From Eledone cirrhosa (taxonomy: Eukaryota): a stretch of DNA of 64,000 nt. The DNA is taken from NCBI GenBank assembly GCA_964016885.1, contig OZ024743.1, positions 70,990,001-71,054,000 of the forward strand, written 5' to 3'. The position numbers and the translations under genes are program-made. A model generated the notes under the pieces. It did not search any database. It saw only the letters and a program-made list of their open reading frames with translations, and was not told the origin of the DNA. This document shows, one piece after another, positions 53,396 through 64,000 of the stretch (positions are counted from its first letter, which is position 1; each line of letters opens with the position of its first letter).

Positions 53396-55632
53396 TATAT
53401 AATAAAAAGCTGCTGCCCTTAACCTTTGTCCTCCACCTTGTGGTTTTTCCTGGTCTTGTGTAATTGTCACATCACACTCTGCCCTTAACTCTCCATACAA
53501 CAATAGTTACTATCATTACTATTACTACTACTAGTACAATTGTATCAGTTAACCAACCAACCAATCAACCAACCAACCAACCAAACTCCTCTTCCTTTCC
53601 CTCCCACAAACATCTGTTTGACCTGGGTCTCTTTCCTTCTCACCTTAGTACTACTTCTTCAGTAGCCATATTTAGTCTCTAGTCTGTTCTCTAAAACCTA
53701 CTAGTGTATAGGTGTGTGTATTTCTTCTCGTAGTGATGTGAGAATGAGGGTGAGAACAAAGATGGAGGAACAGATGGTAGTGGTGTCCTTGGTGGTGGCC
53801 ATGGTGGTATTAGCAGTGAGAGAATGAAGATATTCCAATTGTGTTCCTCCATTGTACCCACCCTCTCTCTCTCTCATCCTGGTTATGTTAGTATAAATCT
53901 TTAGTTGTACCTCACTGGTTTGTGTTGTGTTCTGTTTAGTAGTTTTTCAGAGATGAGGGTCTTTTGATTTTTAATTTTCATCATACTGGTGGTGGTGGTG
54001 GTGGTGGTGGTGGTGGTCCTTGCATCTTGATTGTTTTTTGCATCTCCAACTTCCTTCCCTTAATAACCACAACCTCACCCTCACACATACACTTACCCAC
54101 CACCCCATTGAAGTGTTACATTTGGGTTGGAAGGATTATACACCTGACTCCATAGCATTTCCCACTTCACCTGACTCCTGCACACACATACATACATATA
54201 CAACCACATCATAAAAATATACACAAACAACTCCACATGCAAACACATACACACTTCAGCACCTAACCCCGTGCCCGCTCCATATGCACCACATCACAGC
54301 TTCTCCACCATTCTAGACACACCTGAACTTCAATACACACACACATATATACATAAACACACACATATGTCAGTCTGTATTCATCCCTTTCCCATGTCAC
54401 GCTGGATTGCTGCATTTCCTGTTGTTTCCATAGTAACCACCTACACAAGTTTGCCATGAACACCATCCCTGTTGTACTGATGGCCTGCATGTAAACACAC
54501 AGGCACCTGTGCATGCATGTCTCCAACATACACAAACAAACATATACTTACATACAAAACCCCTATTGGTGTTGTGGAAATCCAACTTTATAGACACACC
54601 ATAAATGTACACAAAAATATATACACACTGGGTCATATAAGATTCCGTACCCTTTGAAAAAAAATTTAATATTTTATAAAAAATCAGTGTTTGTAAATTG
54701 ATCACAACAATTCTATATTTGAGACATATTAAGGTTATATTGATAGGAAATATTAGACCATTACCAATGATCAATTAAATGTAAATAAAACAAATTATTT
54801 AAGAAATACAAAAAAAATATTGAGTTCCAAAAAATTGATTTAGAATATTGAGTTCCAAAGAATTGCCTGTATATACTTAACTGCATGATTTTTGTTGGTT
54901 AACACTGTCTCAAAACGATTTTTCTATGACAAAACAAGCATCCCACATTGATTAGCTGGTATTGTTTACCATTCTTCTTCACAAATTTCCTTTAAATCAT
55001 CATTTAATATACATTTTGATTAATTTATTTGAATTAAATTATATATTACATTTTCTTGTTTCTTTGATTAGAAAAAGGGACAAAAGAAAGTGTCCTTAAC
55101 TTCTGCAATTGTAAAAGAAGCTGTCCTGAAGCACAGCATGTTTAAGCATTTAAAACATGGTACAGTTTATCCCTCTCCAGGTCTATTTCTTGGATTATGT
55201 ATCAAATTTCTGTTGCTTTTTTTTCTTATAAATTCATTATTTTCACATACGACTTCAGTAAACCCAACATCTTCACCAACCATGCTGAGAAAAATGAACA
55301 TTTTTAGGTGACTCGTTCTAGATTGACCTTCAGATCTTTCCATGAATTCTCAATTGGATTAAGATCTGGAGACTGACTGGGTCACTCAACAACATTAATT
55401 TCATTTCATTCCAACCCTGTTTTTTTAGTTTTGTGTGCTGTGACTTTTGAATTATTGTCTTAAGACACCCAGTAGATCACCAACACTAATAAAACTCTTT
55501 ACTCTAATACTGCAAATTTTCACAATAATCAGTCCATTAGTAAAGATGCTATAAACATTTAAATCAACAAAATATTTAGATATTTTCTGCAAAATCATTA
55601 CAGCATGTTAATAGCTGATATTATAATACATA

Positions 55633-55973
55633 TGGAAGCACATGGCTTAGTGGTTAGAGCATTGGCCTTGCAATCGAAAGGTTGTGAGTTCAATTCTCAG
55701 ACCGGGTGATGTGTTGTTTCCTTGAGCAAGACACTTTATTTCACATTGCTCCAGTTTACTCAGCTGTAGAAATGAGATGATAAGGACTGGGGTCCCTATC
55801 AATCCACTGCAAAGTGGTCGTGGAGGTGCCATGGCAAAAAAGCACCCAGCACTCACTGTAAATGAGGTTGGTGTTAGGAAAGGCATCCAGCTGTAGAAAT
55901 CAAGCCAGAATCAGTTCCCGTCCCACCCTTGCAAGCAGGGAAAAAGCGGACGTAAAATGAAATGATGATGATG
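55633..55973 (+). mobile_element. SINE family B copy
   Basis: near-identical to 8171-8508. Confidence 0.9.
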
Positions 55974-56424
55974 ACTGAGCATTTTAGAACATTGAACTAT
56001 ATAGAGAGCTTGCTATAACCTTTCCATATCTTATAGTCTTTGAAAATATTATTCCTGTCTTCTAAAGAATGTTTTCTTCAGCAACATGTTGAAGATATTG
56101 GATTTGATAATAATGAATCGGTAATAGGAAAAAAAAAACCCAAAACAACATAAATTAGATATTTAATTAAAGAAATTATAGAAATGCAATATGTAAATGA
56201 ATTCAAATAAGTTAATTAAAATGTATATTAAATGATAATTTTTAATATATTCATGTTAAAGTATGGACGCTTTTGTCACTCAATTCTTTTTAATTTCTCA
56301 AATAATTTGCTGAATTTAGAGTTTTGATCTTTGGTAAAAATGTTATAACTGCAAGCAACATAAACTTACTATATATCAAATGTCTAACTGTTGTATTAAA
56401 TTTACAGATATATGTATGTGCGTT

Positions 56425-56464
<40 letters not shown>

Positions 56465-56797
56465 GGGAAAAAGTATGACTCCGACGGCAGAATTACATAT
56501 ATTTATTACATATGTAGCATATATATATATATAATCATCTTATCATCATTTTATGTTTGTTTTCCATGCTGTCATGGATTATATATGTCTGTGTGTAATA
56601 TATATATATATAACATATAATATGTATATATTTATATATATATATATTTATAATCATCATCATTTAATGTACATTCATCTATGCTGGCCTGTGTTTGACA
56701 AGTCATCACAGACCAAGTCATTACCTACTGTCCTCCTCCCAATATATATATATATATGTGTGTGTGTATGTGTATAAATATACATATGTGTGTGTGT

Positions 56798-56878
<81 letters not shown>

Positions 56879-57920
56879 CATAAATGCAGAGGAATTGAGA
56901 CATTCTCAAGAAATTAAGTTGCTATGGTGTTCATTTCTGTTCTTTCTATATTTCAATTAGGTTTACATAGTTACATGATCCTTATTATATGGAAAACCCT
57001 TCATCAGGTGTAATCATAAAGTAATAAATATGTTGTCGTGATTCCATTACAACCTAAAAATAACTCCCACCTGGATTAATTATTAACACTTTGAATATAA
57101 TTTGTTTTCTCTTTCTTTCACTCACCATTCACTATTAGGTTATATAAATTCATTTATCTCAATTCTATTTTATTGACGAAGGTGGCAGAATGTTTTATTA
57201 ATTATTATTGATGGGCAGAATCATTAGTGCTTTAGACAAAGTGTCCTGCAGTTTTTGTCCAAATTCTGCTGGGATCACGCACTAGTATTGATTAAATTGA
57301 CTGTTACCCTTCCATAAAATGTTCTAACCTTGTGTCTAAATTAAAAGGGTTGGATGCCATGCTTTGCAGCATAGAGTTACGGCCCTTTGCGGTCTGAGTT
57401 CAAATCCCGTCGAGGTTAACTTTACCTTTCATCCTTACAGGGGTCGATAAAATAAAGCACTGGGGTAATTGCTGGCCTTGTGTCAAAAGTAGAAACAATT
57501 ATTATTATTATTGTCGTTATTATTTTTGTTGTTATTATTACTGTTATTTTTATCATTGTTATTATTAATGTTATTATTATTATTATCATTATTATTATTA
57601 TTATTATTACTATTGATGATGTTGATATTATGAAAGGTGCTGACTTCATAAAACGGTTGGTGTGAGACAGAACGCTTTATTTATTCTCGCTTTTTACATT
57701 ATGAGTTCAAATCCCACCAAGGTCAAATTTGACTTTCATCCTTCCAGGTTTGAAAAAAAAAATCAAGTACCAATCAAATACTGGGTTCAATTTAATCAAC
57801 TTATCCCTTCCAAACCCCCATGAGGATTATGATGTTGATGAAGTTGTTGATGATGATGATGATAAAATATGTTGAATGTAAATACTTGTCTCCTCTTATT
57901 TTTGAATTCATAGATGTAAG

Positions 57921-57989
<69 letters not shown>

Positions 57990-58307
57990 AATGTAACATG
58001 CAGTTACTGTAGGTTCACCTGAGTGACAAGTCGCTGCATAAGTTTCCAATCTGTAAAGAGGTGTAGAACTAAGCAGAGAGTAATTATAATAATAAAAGGG
58101 CGATTTGTTATGTCTTCATTACGTTTATTGAGTAGTGAAGCACGTTTCGCTATTGATCAGCTCAAGGTTCGAGCTGTATCTATCTAGCCCGACTCTGGAA
58201 TCAAAAGCTCATCAGATCTGCTGTGGTAATGACATTCTGTCAGATCAAACCTTGAGCTGATCAATAGTGAAACATGTGTCACAAAGACATAACAAATCGT
58301 CCTTTTT

Positions 58308-58371
<64 letters not shown>

Positions 58372-58964
58372 TATATTTTATTACATTGTGTATATTTCCG
58401 TTCTTTCTATATTTTAATTAGGTTTACATAGTTATGTAATCCTTATTATATGCACAGCCATTAGATGTAATCATAAAATAATTTTCTAATCTCATTATCC
58501 TGCATGGCCAAGTTTATCCTTTACTTTATCTTTTCAGGCTCCTTTAAAATATTAACAAGGGTTAATTAATTTTATTGTACCCTTGTCTCTCTCTCACACT
58601 ACTAACATTTGTGGCTCTAGGGCCATATTTTGTTTTTGTCATCTTATTTTCTATCAAACACTGTGTAGCCCCACCCCAACATACTTGACCCTGCAGTATT
58701 AGTCATTTTAATGTCCCAAATTGTGGCCAAAATTACTATTATTCCTTTCATCCTTACAAGGTCAATAAAACAAAGCACCAGTAATGCACTGGGGTAATTG
58801 CTGGTCTTGTGCCTAAAGTAGAAACTTTATCATCTTTAATATATTTTATTATTATATTATTATAATTATTACTATTATTTTTATTATTCTACTTTTCAAT
58901 TTTCAGGCATAGTGTTAGTTTTCAAAATATTTTGTATTTTAAGCTGTATGGTTGTATCTCTCTA

Positions 58965-59011
<47 letters not shown>

Positions 59012-59049
59012 TGAATATATGTATGCATATACATTGTATACATTGTATA

Positions 59050-59107
<58 letters not shown>

Positions 59108-59545
59108 TGTGAATATATCTATGTATATACATTATATTCATACATACATATACAATATATATATATATATGTGTGCGCGTGTGTGTGTGTGTATCTATGT
59201 ATGTATGTGTGTGTGTGTTCATGTTTCTGAAGTCACAACAATGCAGATGGGGTTGTAGATATTGAGGTGTGACAAACAGTTAAGCAAAATATGACTAAAT
59301 TAATGAAAATTAAAAATGAACAAGAAATGAGAAATTTTGTTACGTTTATAATTGCAATAATTCATGATATATTTCGGATTTATTGGCCAAAAGACAGTTG
59401 TCAGCAAAGGTAACAAATCTCTCATTTCTTTTTTCTTTTTTTCTTCATTCAAGTCATGATACCTTACATATTGTTACCTCAATATTTACAACCCAGTCTG
59501 CACTTTTTATATTCTACACTGCTTGAAGCAATGTTCTATGCACAG

Positions 59546-59584
<39 letters not shown>

Positions 59585-59714
59585 TTCTCTCTCTCTCTCT
59601 CCATACAGATATTGATATATATGTGTGTGTGTATGAATGTTACATATATTATATATATGTATATATTATCTTTTATTTTGTTACTAGTTCCAGTCATTAG
59701 ACTATATTATACAA

Positions 59715-59763
<49 letters not shown>

Positions 59764-59771
<8 letters not shown>

Positions 59772-60154
59772 TAAAAGGAATTCCAACTTTGTCTGATTTA
59801 CTCGTTTTATTTACAATCCTTTAAAATTTATAATGGTATTAGAATGAAATAGTATGGTTGAATATTAAATGTTAAGTGTTAATTGAACAAGTACTTTCAT
59901 GCTTTCGCAATCTTCAGGTTCATATTGTGTAGTGACAGTCAAGTTTGCAATTTTCAACAGTTGAAAATTGCAAACTTGACTGTCACTACACAATATGAAC
60001 CTGAAGATTGCGAAAGCATGAAAGTACTTGTTCAATTAACACTTAACATTTAATATTCAACCATACTATTTCATTCTAATACCATTATAAATTTTAAAGG
60101 ATTGTAAATAAAACGAGTAAATCAGACAAAGTTGGAATTCCTTTTATTAATATA
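59764..60154. repeat. perfect palindrome, 195-bp arms, 1-nt spacer
   Basis: arms read as reverse complements around a59959; abuts (TA)n. Confidence 0.95.
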
Positions 60155-60200
60155 ATCTTCTATACCCAATCATACACACCCGTGTATATTTATCTATCTT

Positions 60201-60232
<32 letters not shown>

Positions 60233-60447
60233 AGAAAAGCTAGGTTTCACATTATGGTCTTTATTAATTATACATAGTTACAACCGTTTCACAGATGGAT
60301 AGTTGAGGATCTATATTATAATCAATAACGACCGTAATGTGAAACAGCACTTTCTTTTCAATATATACTCTCTCCCTTAGCATAGAGTTCTTATCTTGGT
60401 ACCCACCTCGGTAAATCATGAATCTACTGAACTATCTATTATATATA

Positions 60448-60507
<60 letters not shown>

Positions 60508-60554
60508 TACGTATCAGCCATACTAAGAGTGAAAAATGAAATTTCATCTTTTTC

Positions 60555-60609
<55 letters not shown>

Positions 60610-60623
60610 CATATATATACATA

Positions 60624-60654
<31 letters not shown>

Positions 60655-61474
60655 GGCAAATAATGGGATGGAATATTAAAAATGGGTGTTATATTTTCCA
60701 CCCTCTAATTTAATTTTATTTTCAAATGTTCTGTGTCTCAAGAATATATGTTTTCTGCTCTGAACAGCTTCTCTATGTGTGTATTCTTTGCATGTATGTG
60801 TACAGTTTACATAAACTGGAATATAAGCTTACATCATTTCTTTAACAACTTTCTCCCCATCATCGTCACCACTAACACCATCATCATTATCATCATCATC
60901 ACCAACATGATCATGATCATCCTCATCGAAAATATGTATGGATGCATATATATATATATGCTAACTTTTTTGTTATATCTAGACTTTATTGTATGACGTT
61001 TTAAAACGATCGTTTGATTTTCAGGTTTTGGAAACAAAATATTTATTTTCAAATTGTTGATTTGTCCTTTTTGTGATAAATATCTTTCTATTTTCACTCA
61101 TTTTTAATTTTGTGTGCGTATATATGGGTTTCTGTATCTGTGTATGTTTATATGTGTTTGTATGTATTCACATGTGTATGAGTGTGTGCCACTATCTATG
61201 TGAATGCATGTTTATTGATTTTTATCAAGAAAATATCTAATATTAATTTATTTTTCATTTTTATTACATTCACACACAAACATACATGCATATATATAAT
61301 AATAATAAATACAAAGACCAAATCTGAAGAGGGCTCAATAAGGATTGTATATATATATATATATATAAATATAAACCAGTAGAGCAAATATTTATTATTA
61401 GTACTGATTAAAGTTTCAGAAGATCCCATATAGTGTGAAAGCAGAAATTCTTTGCTTAAACTTTAATCTGTACT

Positions 61475-61511
<37 letters not shown>

Positions 61512-62109
61512 CACACATATTTAATTTGGTCATGAATTGATTATAAATGCATTCACTCACAAGCATACATGCACACATACATATATGTAATAGATACATA
61601 CATACTTTCATATGGAATTTATATTGAGGATCTCACCCACATCATAAGCAGCTATTCAAAGATGTCATCAGGATACTATCACCATATGATGCATTGATGT
61701 AGTGGCCAAAACACTATACAATGCAATCTTTAGAAAGGATTGTCCTGAAGAGAAAATATTAAAAGTTACAATGATGTTGAGGGCTTACTCACACATGTGA
61801 AAAAGTACTGCTAGAATGTTCCAGTCAAAACCCCAATAAAATTCAAACATAACAGACCCGATATAGTCATATGGGATGGATAAAAGGAGGCTTGCACAAT
61901 AGTGGAAATCTGGTGAATAAAAAACACAGACCTGCAGATACAATGATATCCACAACTGTACATATACACACTTGCAGACAGATACACATAATTACTTAGG
62001 TGATGTCTAAATTCCAATGAAAGGGCCTTGTTTCTGGGTTAGAAATTGACTCTCTCTATTGATGAGAAATTAAAAAAAAATATAACCAGAACATAAATAC
62101 ATACACATT

Positions 62110-62113
<4 letters not shown>

Positions 62114-62156
<43 letters not shown>

Positions 62157-62516
62157 TACATACATACATACATACATACATACATACATACATACATACA
62201 TACATACATACATACATACATACATACATACATACATACATACATACATACATACATACATACATACATACATACATACATACATACATACATACATACA
62301 TACATACATACATACATACATACATACATACATACATACATACATACATACATACATACATACATACATACATACATACATACATACATACATACATACA
62401 TACATACATACATACATACATACATACATACATACATACATACATACATACATACATACATACATACATACATACATACATACATACATACATACATACA
62501 TACATACATACATACA

Positions 62517-62546
<30 letters not shown>
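62114..62546. repeat. (CT)n followed by about 100 perfect (CATA) units
   Basis: direct reading. Confidence 0.97.
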
Positions 62547-62547
<1 letters not shown>

Positions 62548-62829
62548 GGGATAACAAGTTATCGTTTCAGGTAATCAAATTAGAGGTTGTGAGTACTCTG
62601 TACTATGGATAGTTTTAACATCGAGTGATTAGCGGCCTTTAGACTCACCTGATCAATGAAACAATTGTTAATACTGTAAATAAAACCCTTTTTGTATAGC
62701 CGATCATGTTATTCTTCACTCTTTCACAACATATATATATATTTGCAAAAGTTCTATTTAAATTGTTGGGATACAACAAGCAAATATTTTTATAACTGAT
62801 ATAAAGCACTCGACAAGTATTTGGAGTAA

Positions 62830-63300
62830 ATATACAATATTAACAAATGGAAACTATATTTATAAAACCATATCTATTTTACTATACATATTTCAAGGAT
62901 ACCATGTTAAATTATGGTATGCTTTCATCAGACAAAATACAATATATACCAGTTTTATAAATAAATTTTGACATACCCTTTCAAAATGCAACCGTTACTT
63001 TTGGAAGACATCAGGGATATTGGATTTGTTTATCTTAGTAAGTCATTGTGTTATGGAGAAGGAAAAACCTTCTCCATAACACAATGACTTACTAAGATAA
63101 ACAAATCCAATATCCCTGATGTCTTCCAAAAGTAACGGTTGCATTTTGAAAGGGTATGTCAAAATTTATTTATAAAACTGGTATATATTGTATTTTGTCT
63201 GATGAAAGCATACCATAATTTAACATGGTATCCTTGAAATATGTATAGTAAAATAGATATGGTTTTATAAATATAGTTTCCATTTGTTAATATCGTATAT
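62830..63300. repeat. near-perfect palindrome, about 233-bp arms, AAAAA loop
   Basis: gagaagg-aaaaa-ccttctc centre at 63065; one mismatch seen near outer end; abuts (TA)n. Confidence 0.95.
63191..63255 (+). ncRNA. hammerhead ribozyme motif in right arm of long palindrome (mirror copy 62875-62939, minus)
   Basis: TATTTTGT-CTGATGA-AAGcATACCAT/ATGGTATcCTT-GAA-ATATGTAT-A-GTAAAATA; stem III quasi-palindromic with GU pairs. Confidence 0.6.
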
Positions 63301-63389
63301 ATATATATATATTTAGTTATGTAATAAACAACATAAGATAATTATTTCATTTATTTCATTTAAATATTTAATAAATACACTGTTTTTCA

Positions 63390-63450
63390 TTCATTCTGAC
63401 GACTGAAGACAGACACAGCATCTGTCTTCAAGAAACCACTGGTAAATGGA
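63390..63450 (+). ncRNA. type I hammerhead ribozyme motif
   Basis: TTCATT-CTGACGA-c-TGAAGACAGA/TCTGTCTTCA-a-GAA-ACCACTGGT-A-AATGGA: 6-bp stem I, 10-bp stem II, GUA cleavage triplet at 63442-63444. Confidence 0.75.
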
Positions 63451-63630
63451 ATAATTATCTTATGTTGTTTATTACATAACTAATAAGCTCTGTAGCCTAC
63501 ATATAGCACTCTTTTTTCCTGTACCTTTCTGACGGAAATACTTCATTTATATATATATAGAATAGAAAATGAAAAATCAGTGATGCATCTGAACTCAATT
63601 TATTGTGTGTTACAATTGTTTCCCCGGCAG

Positions 63631-63728
63631 ACAGCTCGAGACGCGATCATTGTGTGGATCTGTCTGATTCTGGACCCGCAGATTCGATGGACAGGCCTAA
63701 TGATTTAGGAACATATTCTCTCACTGGG
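63631..63728 (+). CDS. candidate further cytoplasmic exon (DSSRRDHCVDLSDSGPADSMDRPNDLGTYSLTG)
   Basis: ttgtttccccggcag acceptor, open in phase 1 from 47960, locally GC/CpG-rich; donor gtatat is weak. Confidence 0.35.
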
Positions 63729-64000
63729 GTATATATATATATATACATACATACATCTGTATGTGATATACACACATTCACCTGAAGAATCTAAACTTTT
63801 CCATTGTTCAATTCATTGATATATATCCTGTATCTATAACTATCTGGCTGTCATGGAGTGGCAGAGAGTCATAAGCCTGCCAAACCCTCAGGCAAAAGGA
63901 AAGAATTTTTGTCAGTATGATATGTGGGTGGGCTACATTTTTGGCAATCAAATCTATAAAGCAATTCTGAAATATTTTAGTAAAATAGTGTATGTGTGTA

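Noticed and set aside
56930-57020. Minus-strand CTGATGAAGGG in a repeat also seen at about 58390-58480
   Set aside because: Could not build stem II, GAAA and stem I consistently, so not called a ribozyme
62645-62675. CTGATCAATGAAACAATTGTT hammerhead-like word
   Set aside because: First motif mutated and no room for stem II

Overview
Eukaryotic, AT- and microsatellite-rich DNA, probably from an octopus (inferred from the SINE repertoire). It carries the 3' half of a giant Fat-like protocadherin gene (FAT1/2/3 or Drosophila kugelei/Fat2 type) on the + strand. I traced 18 phase-compatible GT-AG exons from 5645 to 47960, encoding cadherin repeats, a membrane-proximal region with an RRKR site, EGF, laminin-G, further EGF repeats, a TM helix and part of the cytoplasmic tail. 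Several cadherin repeats appear lost in the N-gap, and the terminal exon was not found in the window. Introns hold two tRNA-derived SINE families, RTE, L1/Tx1 and R4/Dong LINE remnants, a DD37D (maT) transposon, piggyBac-type MITEs and minisatellites. The most notable unexplained layer is about a dozen fold-back palindromes, mostly next to (TA)n tracts, many carrying type I hammerhead ribozyme cores with palindromic stem III (Penelope-like/retrozyme-like). Candidate splicing features include an 18-nt microexon and a tandem acceptor whose distal AG creates a stop codon. All calls are from manual reading; homology statements are from memory, not searches.
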